A stretch of DNA of 64,000 nt from Candidatus Multivoradales bacterium (GTDB taxonomy: Bacteria; Acidobacteriota; Thermoanaerobaculia; Multivoradales; Multivoraceae), in assembly GCA_965223325.1 (NCBI GenBank), contig CBDCWI010000002.1, positions 2,528,001-2,592,000 on the forward strand, read 5' to 3'. The translations under genes and the position numbers were made by a program. Every line of letters starts with the position of its first letter. Positions within the stretch are counted from its first letter, which is position 1. The notes beneath the pieces are model-generated. The model made no database searches. It was not told the origin of the DNA and worked only from the letters and a program-made list of their open reading frames with translations. This document shows positions 10,102 through 20,082 of the stretch, piece by piece.

Positions 10102-12960
10102 TCAGTCTCCCGCGCCCGCGCCCGCAAGAGGTCGACGGAGATCGACGGCCCAGACGTCGCCATCCTCCTGCACCTGAATGCGGAGAATCGACTTGCCGTC
10201 TGAGGACACGCCGGTGCTTCCCACCGTCGCAAGTGGCCCCTTCCAGAGCGAGGTTCCCGAATCGAGGTCGTACACCTCGCCCTCGGCACCCGCGGTACGC
10301 AAGAGCTGGCCGGGAGCGAGAAAGTTGAGTGCGCCATTGCCCGAGAACCCGGTGGTGGTGAAAGTACCGGTCTCGATGTTCAGCAGCTGGATCTCGGTGT
10401 CGCCGTCGCAGCGCCCGACGAGCTGTTGGCTATCCGTGGTGAATTTCGCCGCGTTGAACCGGCTACCATCGCAGCGCGGAACGCCAACCCGCTTCCCCAG
10501 ACGTGGCGGCGCTACCGCCGAACCGCGCTCGAGCACGGGGAGTAGAAAGGGGCCGCCCTCAGCGTGTTTCACCATCAGCCAGGAACCATCGGGAGACCAC
10601 TCCTGGTTGTAGCCCTCGGCCAGCCGGGCGAGGCCGGTACCGTCCGGTCTTATGACCCAGACGTCGTATCGCCCACCGCGGTCGGAGAAGAACGTCACCC
10701 AATGGCCATCGGGGGACCAGGTTGGCCAACGGTCGATAAAGCGGTCACTGGTTAGCCGCCGAAGGTTGCTGCCATCCATTCCGACGAGAAACAGGTCGGG
10801 TTTCGGTCCTGTCGACAAGAACACCACTTCGCGGCTATCGGGGGAGCTCCGGGCGAGCATGAAGTTCGGGCCCACTGCCAGGGTCTCGGGGGGGCCGAGC
10901 GGACCCTCGGTCGCCGAGAAGGGTGTCTTCACGATCCGGTTGAGCGTCTGGTACGAAGAAAAGAGCACCCGCTGCCCGTCGGCCGCGAACGACAGAGAGG
11001 CCAACTGCGAGCTCGGCAGAGTAAAGGCGCGCACCTCGCCAGTCTCCGGGTCGAGCTGCCAGGCGTTGCGGGTTCCACCTCGATCGCTGAGAAAATAGAT
11101 CGCGCGCGGCGCCACCCATTGGGGCGCGAAGTCGACCGCAGGGTCATCGGTAAGCTGCGTGAGGTTGGAACTGTCCAGGTCCTGGGTCCACAGGTCGCGG
11201 TGGTGAGAGTCTTTCTCGATCGTCCAGAAGACCAGGGACCTCCCGTCGGGCGACCAGGACGGCTCAAAGATGCCGGTCAGGCCCGTAACGTCGAGCTCGG
11301 TCACGGCGCCCGTGTCGATTTCGAGAATCGAGAGGCGCCCGTCTTCCCGCGTTCCAAGCGCCGCCGGGTCTGAATAGACATGCCCATTGGAGGACGCCAG
11401 GTAACGCCCATCGGGTGACCACGCTGGCCAGCATCGGTCGTCGAGAACCCGTCGCCTTGATTCGCCGGTCGTACCCAGCAGCTCGACGGCCAGACCGCTG
11501 TCTTCGGAGCACAGCGCGATGGTGCCGCCGTCAGGCGAGAAGGCGGCTACATAGTCGTCGGTGGCGTCGTCTGTGATCTGGATCGGCCGCTCGCCGTCGA
11601 CCCGCTGAAGGTAGAGGCTCCACGTCGAGGGGCCCGCTCCGCCATCTGACTCGGCGCTGTAGACGAAGAACTCGCCGTCTGGAGAAAGGGTGGGTCGCCG
11701 CTCGAGCCGAGGCGACACAGTCAGCCTCTCGACCTGGCTCTCAGCCAGCACATCGGTGACCGGCTCAGGTGTCAGGGCCCGGCTCATGGCCCAGGCAAGG
11801 CCGAGCGCCGCCAGGGCCAGGGCAAGCCCCGCGAGGGCAAGCTGCCCACGGCTTGCGCGAGACGACGCGGCCTCTTGTGCAAGCAGAGAGGAAAGCGCGC
11901 CCGGGTCGCCGTCGCCAGCGGCGATCCACTCCAGCTGCGCACACAAGTCGCTCATCGACTGCCAGCGATCTCCAGGTGCCTTGGCCAAAGCGCGCTCGAC
12001 GAGACGGTCGAGCAACGGGGGTGCGACCTCCATCCGCTCTGACAACCGCGCCGGCACTTCGTTCAGGATCGCCGAGACCACTCGCGCCGGCGTTTCACCG
12101 TCGAAGGCCCGCTGTCCTGTCAAAAGCTCGTAGAGGAGGCAGCCGAAGGCAAAGATGTCGGTTCGCGCGTCGACTGGTCGGCTATCCAGCTGCTCCGGCG
12201 TCATGTAGTGGAGCGTGCCGAGAATCGCCCCCTCGGCGGTCAACGTTCGGCGCGTAGGCTCGCCATCGCCTATCGACACCGGGTCTACCTTCGCCAGACC
12301 GAAGTCGAGGAGTTTCGCACCCTCAGAGGTCACGAAGACGTTCCCCGGTTTCAGGTCGCGGTGAACGACTCCAACCGCATGCACAGAGGTGAGGGCACGA
12401 GCGATCTGAATCGCGATCTCCACCGCGCGCTGGACGGGAACACGGCCCCGCGCGAGCACCTCCTGGAGCGTCTCACCCTCGAGGAGCTCCATGACCAGGT
12501 AGTGATGACCGTCGTCATAGCCCACGTCATGAAGAACGCAGATGTTGGGATGGTTCAGACCAGAAATCGCCCGCGCCTCGCGTTGGAAGCGCTCGCGGAA
12601 TGCCTCCTTGGCGGACAGATCAGGCGGCAGGACCTTGACCGCGACCTCGCGTTCCAAGCGGGTGTCGCGGGCTCGATAGACCTCGCCCATGCCACCAGCG
12701 CCGATGGCTTCGACGATCTCGAAGGCCCCCAGTCGCTGGCCCGGTTCGAGAGCAGGGGGCCCGAGCGACCCCTCGCTCATCCCGAGCGGGGTCAGCTCCG
12801 GCGATTCTGCCCCGGCGATGAGCCGCTCGAGCTTTCTCCTTAGCTCCTTGTCTCCCCCGCATGCCTGGTCGAGAAACGCCGGGCGGTCCTGAGGCTCGCG
12901 CTCGAGGACCTGAGCGAGCAGGAAATCGAGCTCCTGGTATCGATCGAATGCGTCGGCCAC
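10102..12960 (-). CDS. Membrane Ser/Thr protein kinase with C-terminal TolB-like (PD40) beta-propellers
   Basis: GAGGMGEVY, VAVK, HRDLKPGN, DFG, GT..YM.PEQ; one TM; repeated W/FSPDG motifs. Confidence 0.95.
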   Translation of the reverse strand: MADAFDRYQELDFLLAQVLEREPQDRPAFLDQACGGDKELRRKLERLIAGAESPELTPLGMSEGSLGPPALEPGQRLGAFEIVEAIGAGGMGEVYRARDTRLEREVAVKVLPPDLSAKEAFRERFQREARAISGLNHPNICVLHDVGYDDGHHYLVMELLEGETLQEVLARGRVPVQRAVEIAIQIARALTSVHAVGVVHRDLKPGNVFVTSEGAKLLDFGLAKVDPVSIGDGEPTRRTLTAEGAILGTLHYMTPEQLDSRPVDARTDIFAFGCLLYELLTGQRAFDGETPARVVSAILNEVPARLSERMEVAPPLLDRLVERALAKAPGDRWQSMSDLCAQLEWIAAGDGDPGALSSLLAQEAASSRASRGQLALAGLALALAALGLAWAMSRALTPEPVTDVLAESQVERLTVSPRLERRPTLSPDGEFFVYSAESDGGAGPSTWSLYLQRVDGERPIQITDDATDDYVAAFSPDGGTIALCSEDSGLAVELLGTTGESRRRVLDDRCWPAWSPDGRYLASSNGHVYSDPAALGTREDGRLSILEIDTGAVTELDVTGLTGIFEPSWSPDGRSLVFWTIEKDSHHRDLWTQDLDSSNLTQLTDDPAVDFAPQWVAPRAIYFLSDRGGTRNAWQLDPETGEVRAFTLPSSQLASLSFAADGQRVLFSSYQTLNRIVKTPFSATEGPLGPPETLAVGPNFMLARSSPDSREVVFLSTGPKPDLFLVGMDGSNLRRLTSDRFIDRWPTWSPDGHWVTFFSDRGGRYDVWVIRPDGTGLARLAEGYNQEWSPDGSWLMVKHAEGGPFLLPVLERGSAVAPPRLGKRVGVPRCDGSRFNAAKFTTDSQQLVGRCDGDTEIQLLNIETGTFTTTGFSGNGALNFLAPGQLLRTAGAEGEVYDLDSGTSLWKGPLATVGSTGVSSDGKSILRIQVQEDGDVWAVDLRRPLAGAGAGD

Positions 12961-13065
12961 CCGACCAGTTTAGTCGGCCGGTGCCCATTCGCCATTCCGA
13001 GGTATTAGCGGGTCTTGATCCGCTTTCAATAGCCGCCCACGGGACAGTCTGAGGCCGCAATTGGC

Positions 13066-13096
13066 GGCGGCCCTTCACGCCACCCGAAGGGCCGCC
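13066..13096 (-). terminator. GC-rich hairpin downstream of 13193..14035 (possible terminator or stability element)
   Basis: GGCGGCCCTTC-9 nt-GAAGGGCCGCC, perfect 11-bp stem, no clear U-tract. Confidence 0.35.
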
Positions 13097-13192
13097 ACAC
13101 GCTCGATCCTACGCTTCCACACCGGGACACAGCGGGACTCTGGGAGCTGCCTGGTCCAGGGTCGAAGTGACAAGAGATGACTCAGATAGCTA

Positions 13193-14035
13193 TCAGAACC
13201 ACCAGAAGCGCGCGAAGCGGAAGTCGACCTCGAGGACGATGCCTCCGGTCGGGTTGAAGCCAATGAGCTTCTGCCCCTGGATCCCACGCACGCCACCGTA
13301 GATTCCAGTACCGCCGGTGATCGAACGCTGCACCCGCCGCGACGCCGGGCTTTCGAAGCCATCGGTCGTGATGGTCCGCTGGCCGTACTCGTTGCTGTAG
13401 TCGAAGAACTGGAGATTGAACTCGCCCGACGCCTGCGCCTTCTTGATCTCGGGGTCGGCGGTGAAGCTGTAGATCTGGCTCGTCGCTGTCCAGGCACCGC
13501 TGCCCGCAAAGGCGCCCTGGCCGACCAACCAGCCCTTACAGGTCCACGTACCGATGACCTTCTCGGGGAATTCGGGATTGCCATTCTCGTCGACACCGTT
13601 GCAGAAAAACTCGTCACAGTCGATGGTTCCCTTGGGATAGAGGATGCCGTGAGTGATGAATTCGCCGCCATGAGGCGCAAAGATCACCAGGCCCTCGACC
13701 GGATCACCGTTCTTGTCGATCGGGCGCTGGCGAATGAAGCCATCCGGGTCGACGTATTTCTCGGCCCCAGCGACGATCAGTTCGCCCATGTCGTCGACCG
13801 GCGGTTCGAAAGTGAACGGGTCAACGTACATACCGGGCTCGGCATCACCGACGTACATCTGAAACACCTCGACCATCTCGACGTTGAGGCGTTGGTAGCG
13901 CTTGTCCACTCGTTCGGACTGAGCCGATAGAGCGACTGCTCCACCTAGCAGGGCGATAGAAAACGCCACGAAGTTCACGGCAAGGGCCGCGGAGAGTGTT
14001 TTCGAACCACCCTTCGAGTTCAAAGAAAAGGACAT
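13193..14035 (-). CDS. Secreted hypothetical protein, possible allene-oxide-cyclase/dirigent-like barrel
   Basis: AGGAGG RBS, signal peptide, C-terminal SITGGTGIYGGVRG like the AITGGTG.Y..ARG motif of AOC/dirigent barrels. Confidence 0.7.
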   Translation of the reverse strand: MSFSLNSKGGSKTLSAALAVNFVAFSIALLGGAVALSAQSERVDKRYQRLNVEMVEVFQMYVGDAEPGMYVDPFTFEPPVDDMGELIVAGAEKYVDPDGFIRQRPIDKNGDPVEGLVIFAPHGGEFITHGILYPKGTIDCDEFFCNGVDENGNPEFPEKVIGTWTCKGWLVGQGAFAGSGAWTATSQIYSFTADPEIKKAQASGEFNLQFFDYSNEYGQRTITTDGFESPASRRVQRSITGGTGIYGGVRGIQGQKLIGFNPTGGIVLEVDFRFARFWWF

Positions 14036-14201
14036 AGATTCCTCCTGAGTCGAGCGACAGGCGCCTCGACACCCACCTGACGCCTGGGCGAGGGAGGCCA
14101 GAAGCAGCCGCCCTCGGAGTCGCTGAATTCAGTGAGGGGTGAGTGTCAGCCTTGAGTACGTCAACCAGGGCGAAATCCGGAAAGGCCGCCCAACAGATTG
14201 T

Positions 14202-14792
14202 TCAGCCTTTTTCCGAATCCTCGGCGGACATGGCCTCCCGCAACCAGGCCCTCGCCCGCGCCCACTCGTTGCGAATCGTGCGCGTGGTTACGCCCGAGAT
14301 CTCTGCAATCTCGCGCTCGGTAAAGCCCACGATGTAGCGCAATTCGACAACTCGGGCCAGACGCGTCGAGTGCTGCTCGAGCTTCTGGAGGGCCTCGTCG
14401 ACGACCAGGACCCGTTCGAGATCGAACTGATCCTCGATCCATTGGTCCTTCAGCTCGACGAAATTCTCGTGGCCGCCGCGCTTCTGGCGGCCGCGATGGC
14501 GGGCGAAATCCACCAGCACCTGACGCATCGCTCGCGCTGCCAGGGCGTAGAAGTGCTCCGTGCTGATGGCCTCGCGGGTCTTACGCACTTCGAACTTGAG
14601 CCACACCTCGTGAACCAGCGCGGTGGTGTTCATCGAATCACCCGGTCGCCAACGAAGCAGTTGACCGTGGGCAAGCTTCTTGAGGTCGGCGTACATCTCA
14701 GCGAACAGGTCGTCGAACTGTTCGGCTGCCCGAGGCGAGGCGTCGCCGCGTTCGGCAGGTCTGTCGGGCCGCTGGCGGGGTTGGTCTGTCAT
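14202..14792 (-). CDS. ECF sigma factor, TIGR02999-like (kinase-associated)
   Basis: [66 protein letters not shown]. Confidence 0.93.
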   Translation of the reverse strand: MTDQPRQRPDRPAERGDASPRAAEQFDDLFAEMYADLKKLAHGQLLRWRPGDSMNTTALVHEVWLKFEVRKTREAISTEHFYALAARAMRQVLVDFARHRGRQKRGGHENFVELKDQWIEDQFDLERVLVVDEALQKLEQHSTRLARVVELRYIVGFTEREIAEISGVTTRTIRNEWARARAWLREAMSAEDSEKG

Positions 14793-14939
14793 GGCAGCTT
14801 CTCAACAGGCCACCGGCCACGCCCGCCTGCGCGAGAGGGTTCTTCACCTAGTTGGAAGCACCAATGCATTATAGAAAATGATTCTAATCTGCAAGGTCAC
14901 CGCGCGTGGGCCCACTTCTCTTGGCCCGAGGAGAATGAC

Positions 14940-15164
14940 GTGACGAAATGGAACCTCGACTTCGACGGCAAGAGCACGGCCGACGACGTCCTGGCGGACC
15001 TCGACCTGAGCGGCAAGACCGCCATCGTAACGGGCGCCAATGTGGGCACCGGCTTTGAAACCGCACGCGCCCTCGCAGCAAGAGGTGCACGACTGGTTCT
15101 GGCATGTCGCAGCGAGGAAAAGGGCGACGGGGCGCGCAGCGAGAAGTGGGTGTCAACAGGCTGA
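14940..15164 (+). pseudogene. Truncated short-chain dehydrogenase (retinol-DH-like SDR), N-terminal ~70 aa only
   Basis: GAGGAG RBS, GTG start, [49 protein letters not shown], then a stop. No catalytic YxxxK. Confidence 0.8.
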
Positions 15165-15272
15165 TCGTTTGTGTCTCGCACCCTCTGTCGCTGACCGACC
15201 GGTGCAATCTCCCCACACTCGACCATCCAAGCCGACCAACCACTCGTCCGAGCCCTGGTTTCGGCCGTCTAT

Positions 15273-16499
15273 TCACTGACGTCGAAACGAGTCGAGCTTC
15301 GACAGCGCCTCATCGATATCGGCCTCGGTGTGTTCCGCTGAGATCTGAAAGCGGATCTCCTCGTCGCCACGCGGCACCACCGGGTAGTTCAGCCCGGTCG
15401 CGAGCACGCCGCTGTCGAAGAGATGCTGCACCAGGGCAGCGGTCTTCTCCGTGTCACGCACCATCAGGGGCACGACGGGATGCTCGCCTGGAATCGTCTC
15501 GTAGCCGAGCTTGACCAGACCCTTCTCGAAGCGTCGCGTCATTTCGCGCAGGTGTCGCAGAAGCTCCCGACCGCTGTCGCTGTCGAGCAGCTCGACCGCG
15601 ACCCTGGCCGCCGCCGCCTCGGCCGGCGTGATCGGGTTGGAGTAGACATACAGAGGCGAGCTCTCGCGCAGGTAGTCAATCAGTACCTGCTCGCCGACGA
15701 CGTACCCACCATTGACTCCGAAAGCCTTGCCGAGCGTCGCAACCAGAACATCGACCCGAACGTCACACACCTCCTCGGTGCCGCGGCCGGTGGCACCGAA
15801 CCCACCGACTCCATGCGAATCGTCGACGATCAGAATGACGTTCTCCTCGAAGCGGTCGTCGAACGAGCGCACCAGCTGGTCGATATCACGCAGAGGCGCA
15901 TGATCCCCGCGCATGCTGAAGATGCCATCGGTCACCACCACGGCGCGCCGACAACGACCGGCCGCCTTCTCGAGAGCCGCCTCCAGTTCGCCGAGATCGT
16001 TGTGCTTGTAGATCGAGCGCTGCGCTGGCCGCGACAGTCTGATCGCATTGATGATGCAATTGTGGTTGAGCTCGTCGCTGATCAGAGCCGTCTCGTTCGT
16101 CACCAACGATGGAATCACGCCGACGACCGTGGCATAGGCAGAACTCATGATCATGGCCGCCGGGCGCTCGTGAAACAGAGCCAGCTTTTCCTCGAGCGCG
16201 ACGTGTGGTGCGTAGGTACCGCTGATGAACCGGACGGCCTGAGGACCCGTCCCGAACTGATCGGCGGAGGTTCCCTCCGCTTCGATCAGCTCCGAGCGCA
16301 GCGACATGCCCAGGTAGCCATTGGAGTTCATGCGGAGGAACTCCCGCTCTGGGTGCCCTTCGATCCGGTAGCGCGGGCCTCGCTGCCCGCTGGCAGGCAG
16401 CACCTCGGTGATGACCTTCTCTGCGCCCTTGAGGGAACCTAGCTCGGCGAGCTGCGCGAGCTGTGCTGCCAGCAGGTCATGGATTCGATCAGTCGGCAT
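15273..16499 (-). CDS. kbl: Glycine C-acetyltransferase (2-amino-3-ketobutyrate CoA ligase)
   Basis: NGYLG, AVRFISGT, SDELNH, TDGIFSM.GD, DDSHG, TLGKAFG (PLP lysine). Overlaps the upstream Thr dehydrogenase. Confidence 0.9.
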   Translation of the reverse strand: MPTDRIHDLLAAQLAQLAELGSLKGAEKVITEVLPASGQRGPRYRIEGHPEREFLRMNSNGYLGMSLRSELIEAEGTSADQFGTGPQAVRFISGTYAPHVALEEKLALFHERPAAMIMSSAYATVVGVIPSLVTNETALISDELNHNCIINAIRLSRPAQRSIYKHNDLGELEAALEKAAGRCRRAVVVTDGIFSMRGDHAPLRDIDQLVRSFDDRFEENVILIVDDSHGVGGFGATGRGTEEVCDVRVDVLVATLGKAFGVNGGYVVGEQVLIDYLRESSPLYVYSNPITPAEAAAARVAVELLDSDSGRELLRHLREMTRRFEKGLVKLGYETIPGEHPVVPLMVRDTEKTAALVQHLFDSGVLATGLNYPVVPRGDEEIRFQISAEHTEADIDEALSKLDSFRRQ

Positions 16500-17508
16500 T
16501 GGAATCTCCAGGAGGGTCAATTCCCCTATAGGCATCACCCGTCCGTTGATGCTTTTGGTGGTCCAGCTTCTTTCGCAGCTCCCGCAACATGTCTTCGGTC
16601 ATGGTCTCGAGATCGTAGGCCGGCTTCCAGCCCCACTCCTGACGAGCTGCACTGTCATCGACGGACCGTGGCCAGGAATCGGCGATCGCCTGGCGTTGAG
16701 GGTCGACCTTGTATTCGATCTCGAAGCCGGGAACGTGCTTCGAAATCTCGGCGGCGAGTTTCTTTGGCGTCAGGCTCATAGCGGTGACGTTGAAGGCGTT
16801 GCGATGCACCAGCCGACTGGAGTCCGACTCCATGACCTCGATCATGGCCCGCACCGCGTCCGGCATGTACATCATGTCGAGCTGGCTGTCTTCACGTACG
16901 AAGCAGCTGTAGTGGCGATAGCGCAAGGCCTGGTAGAAGATCTCGACAGCCCAATCGGTCGTGCCACCGCCAGGCGGAGCTACATGAGAAACGAGGCCCG
17001 GCAGACGCAAACCTCGCGTGTCGACGCCAAAGCGAGAGTGGTAGTAGTCACAGAGCAGTTCGCCGCTGACCTTGGTGATGCCATAGATGGTCGACGGGCG
17101 CTGAAGGGTGTCCTGGGGCGTGTCGTCTTTAGGGGTCGTATGGCCGAACGCGCCGATCGAACTGGGAAAGAAGACCGACAGGCCGTGTTGCCGCGCGACC
17201 TCGAGGACTCGGTAGAGGCCTCCCATGTTGATCTCCCAGGCAACCCGGGGTTTCTCTTCGGCAACTGCAGAAAGCAGAGCGGCGAGGTGGTAGAGGGTGT
17301 CGATGTCATGACGAGCTACGACATCGGAAATCTGACGAATGTGGGTGCAATCGATGAGCTCGAAGGGCGGTCCGTCTACCATCGATTCTCTCGAGGGCAT
17401 CCGGATATCCGAGGCAACCACCTCTTCGACCCCGGGCCGGGTACGCAGGGCAGCCACCAGCTCGGTGCCGATCTGACCAAGAGCACCGGTAACCAGAATT
17501 CGTTTCAT
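16489..17508 (-). CDS. L-threonine 3-dehydrogenase (SDR/epimerase type)
   Basis: TGALGQIG, HLAALLSA, PSSIGAFG, YGITK, GGGTTD, MMYMPD. Operon with kbl. Confidence 0.9.
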   Translation of the reverse strand: MKRILVTGALGQIGTELVAALRTRPGVEEVVASDIRMPSRESMVDGPPFELIDCTHIRQISDVVARHDIDTLYHLAALLSAVAEEKPRVAWEINMGGLYRVLEVARQHGLSVFFPSSIGAFGHTTPKDDTPQDTLQRPSTIYGITKVSGELLCDYYHSRFGVDTRGLRLPGLVSHVAPPGGGTTDWAVEIFYQALRYRHYSCFVREDSQLDMMYMPDAVRAMIEVMESDSSRLVHRNAFNVTAMSLTPKKLAAEISKHVPGFEIEYKVDPQRQAIADSWPRSVDDSAARQEWGWKPAYDLETMTEDMLRELRKKLDHQKHQRTGDAYRGIDPPGDSNAD

Positions 17509-17700
17509 GCTGTCGAGGGTGTGTGGGTTTTCAAAGTCGAAGCCGTCCGGAGGGCAAGAAACAGCCTGGGCCGAACCAACGCCATAGGTACCGAAGGCAT
17601 GAGGAGATGCTGCCCTGGACCGTTCCTTGCGGCATTCCGCGCGCCATCCCGGTGTCGCCTCATTCTAGAAGCACGAAGTCTAGAGAGGCACGGCGCGTGG

Positions 17701-17866
17701 CTGGTACCCCGTACCATTGGAACGGATAGTGGCTGAGTGGATGATCGTGCTCGATATCAAGGCGTCACGACGCAGGCATATTGGTGATCTGTCGAGGAGT
17801 GACAACGCAGAGATCGAGTGCGAGGAACGCTCAGACGCTGTGCGGTTCAATGGTACGGGGTACTAG
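17701..17866. mobile_element. MITE-like non-autonomous element (166 bp)
   Basis: Terminal inverted repeats CTGGTACCCCGTACCATTG (17701-17719) and CAATGGTACGGGGTACTAG (17848-17866), 18/19 match. Non-coding interior. The right end supplies the stop codon of the adjacent truncated kinase. Confidence 0.65.
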
Positions 17867-19068
17867 TGGAATGTCGAGAATCCTGGGGCGTGCGAGGGAA
17901 ACCTGGAGTAGATCACTCGCTGTCCGTCTGGTGAGACATCGAAGGAACTGACGAATCCCGGTGCACCAAAAGTCTGCGGGTTGCCGAGCGGGAAGCCGCG
18001 AAGAGCTTTTGCACGCTCTGCGGGTTCCGTCGAAACCCCACTTCCCTGCTGCGTTCGCTCGCCCGGTAACAGAGCGACAACGCCAACGGCAGCTACGACG
18101 GCCAGAGCAACGGCCAGTCCACGCTTCAGCCACTTCCCGCCCGCCTCCGGCGTGGCGACACCCCCTACCAGTCCCTCAGAAGCGGCGGCGCGAAGTGCCT
18201 CGCCCAGGGCTTTGGCGCCCGAGAACCGGTCTGCCGGGTCCTTCTCCAGACAACGATCGAGAATGGCCGAGATCGAGGCCGGCACGCCCTCGGCGAGCAA
18301 TACGGCCGAGCGAGGCGGATCGCGCAGCATCGCCGAAATGCGTTCCGCGGCGGTCTCGCCAGCGAATGGCGACATCCCGCACAGCAGCTCGAAGAAGACG
18401 ACGCCCAGGCTGAAAACATCTGAGCGCTGGTCGGCTGGTTCACCGCGCGCCTGCTCGGGCGACATGTAGGTGAGTGTGCCGAGAACCTGCCCCGACGCGG
18501 TGAGCTCAGAGCCTGCCGCCGCCCGAGTGGGTAGCTCGGACTGCGCCGGCGGCCGGGTCGCGAGCGGACTCTGCTTCGCCAACCCGAAGTCGAGCACCTT
18601 GACTCGATTCTCTCGGTTGAGCATGACGTTCGACGGCTTGAGGTCCCGATGGCAGATACCGCGCTCATGCGCGGCCCCGACCGCGTCGCAAAGCGGCAGC
18701 GCGATCTCGAGAAGCTCGTCGGGTCCGAGGGTCTCGCCCCTGCCGTCGAGCTCCTTCTTGACATCGAGCAGCGACCGTCCGTCGATGTACTCCATGACCA
18801 GGCACGTGGCGGCACGCGACGTCGACTCGATACCAAAGAGGGTCACGATGCCGGGATGATCGATTGACGCAAGAACCTTCGCTTCACGCTTGAACCGCTC
18901 GATCGCCTCCGGGCTGAGAGCCAGCTCGTCAGCCAGCTCCTTGAGTGCCACGCGCCGATCGAGGCGGGGATCGAGCGCCAGGTAGACGTCTCCCATGCCG
19001 CCACTTGCAAGGTGGCGTTCAACAACGTAGGGACCAAGCGCTGACCGTTCTCGAGCACTGCCCGGCAC
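17863..19068 (-). CDS. Ser/Thr protein kinase, C-terminally truncated (probable pseudogene)
   Basis: Complete kinase domain ([17 protein letters not shown]) and a TM, then only one PD40 blade (FDVSPDG) before a stop inside the MITE-like TIR. Confidence 0.85.
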   Translation of the reverse strand: MPGSARERSALGPYVVERHLASGGMGDVYLALDPRLDRRVALKELADELALSPEAIERFKREAKVLASIDHPGIVTLFGIESTSRAATCLVMEYIDGRSLLDVKKELDGRGETLGPDELLEIALPLCDAVGAAHERGICHRDLKPSNVMLNRENRVKVLDFGLAKQSPLATRPPAQSELPTRAAAGSELTASGQVLGTLTYMSPEQARGEPADQRSDVFSLGVVFFELLCGMSPFAGETAAERISAMLRDPPRSAVLLAEGVPASISAILDRCLEKDPADRFSGAKALGEALRAAASEGLVGGVATPEAGGKWLKRGLAVALAVVAAVGVVALLPGERTQQGSGVSTEPAERAKALRGFPLGNPQTFGAPGFVSSFDVSPDGQRVIYSRFPSHAPGFSTFH

Positions 19069-19141
19069 TCCTGGGGACTTGGGAAACGCTATCTGATCCC
19101 GCCTGGGCGGTGGCGCGCAGACGGTCCCGTCGAGCCGGTTG

Positions 19142-19157
19142 CTTGACCGAGGTCAAG
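19142..19157 (+). promoter_or_regulatory. Crp/Fnr-family-like binding site
   Basis: cTTGAC-CGAG-GTCAAg palindrome resembling the FNR box TTGAT-N4-ATCAA, centred ~41 bp upstream of ATG 19191. Confidence 0.55.
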
Positions 19158-19190
19158 GCAACGGTTGCCATGCGGTAGAAGACTGTACCT

Positions 19191-19370
19191 ATGAATGAAG
19201 CACACACCTCCGGGGCAGACGTTACCGGGGCCAAGCCTCCGCCCGCGTGGCGAGCACTGCTCACACGGTTCGGCTTCCTCGGTTTTATGTTCTTCCTCAT
19301 CAAGGGACTGCTCTGGCTCGCCATTCCCGCCACCCTGGCGGTGCTGGCCTGGTTTGACGGAACCCCCTGA
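19191..19370 (+). CDS. Small membrane protein (59 aa), missed by the ORF track
   Basis: Manual translation MNEAHTSGADVTGAKPPPAWRALLTRFGFLGFMFFLIKGLLWLAIPATLAVLAWFDGTP*, with a hydrophobic GFxFFLxKGLxWL motif. Confidence 0.75.
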   Translation: MNEAHTSGADVTGAKPPPAWRALLTRFGFLGFMFFLIKGLLWLAIPATLAVLAWFDGTP

Positions 19371-19419
19371 CCTCACCACCTCACCCATCTCTTTCGCTAC
19401 CACCTCGGAGCCCCCGCTG

Positions 19420-20082
19420 ATGCAACAAACCCGACCCCTTGTCGGCGAACCCGACACCGCCGTCGACCAGCCCCCAACAGATGAAATCATGGCTCGCCTT
19501 CGCGCCGAGACCCGCGAACACCACACGCGGGCCGAAAAGCAGCGCTTCCAGAGTCGCCTGGTGACCGGCGGTGTCGATCGGGCTCAGTACGCCTCCTGGC
19601 TCGTACAGCTTTCCCACATCCATCGAGTTCTCGAGCAGGCGCTCACCGCCAATCTGGAAGATCCCCGCTTCGCGGCGGTCGCCGAGTCGCAGTGGAAGAG
19701 CGAGCTGATCGAAAACGACCTGCAACAGCTTCCCGCGCCGGGGGTAGACGCGCTCTTTGCGCCGACCACAGCGCTGGTCGCTCTGCTCGAAAGAACCGCC
19801 GAGCACGAGCCGGTCGGTCTGCTCGGCCATCACTACGTGCTCGAAGGCAGCATGAACGGCAACCGCTTCATCGCGCGCAAACTGGAATCGACCTGGGAGA
19901 ACTCAGCGGGTCTCTCCTACCTCGATCCCTACGGTGAGGAGCAGCGCCCCCTTTGGCAGCAGTTCCGTTCCGACATGAACAAAGTCGAGCTGACGTCGGC
20001 CGAGAAGGACACGATCGTGCGCTGCGCCAAAGCCATGTTCGACGGTATCGCCGAGATCAGTAGCGCGATGCCTGGCGACTGA
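19420..20082 (+). CDS. Biliverdin-producing heme oxygenase
   Basis: RLRAETREHHTRAE (proximal His), YVLEGSMNG (distal helix), Y..YGE....W..F, A..MF. GGAG RBS before ATG 19420. Confidence 0.88.
   Translation: MQQTRPLVGEPDTAVDQPPTDEIMARLRAETREHHTRAEKQRFQSRLVTGGVDRAQYASWLVQLSHIHRVLEQALTANLEDPRFAAVAESQWKSELIENDLQQLPAPGVDALFAPTTALVALLERTAEHEPVGLLGHHYVLEGSMNGNRFIARKLESTWENSAGLSYLDPYGEEQRPLWQQFRSDMNKVELTSAEKDTIVRCAKAMFDGIAEISSAMPGD

Noticed and set aside
14139-15164. 341-aa ORF appearing to be an SDR fusion
   Set aside because: The first ~265 codons are antisense to the ECF sigma gene and intergenic DNA. Only the last ~74 codons are a real SDR fragment.
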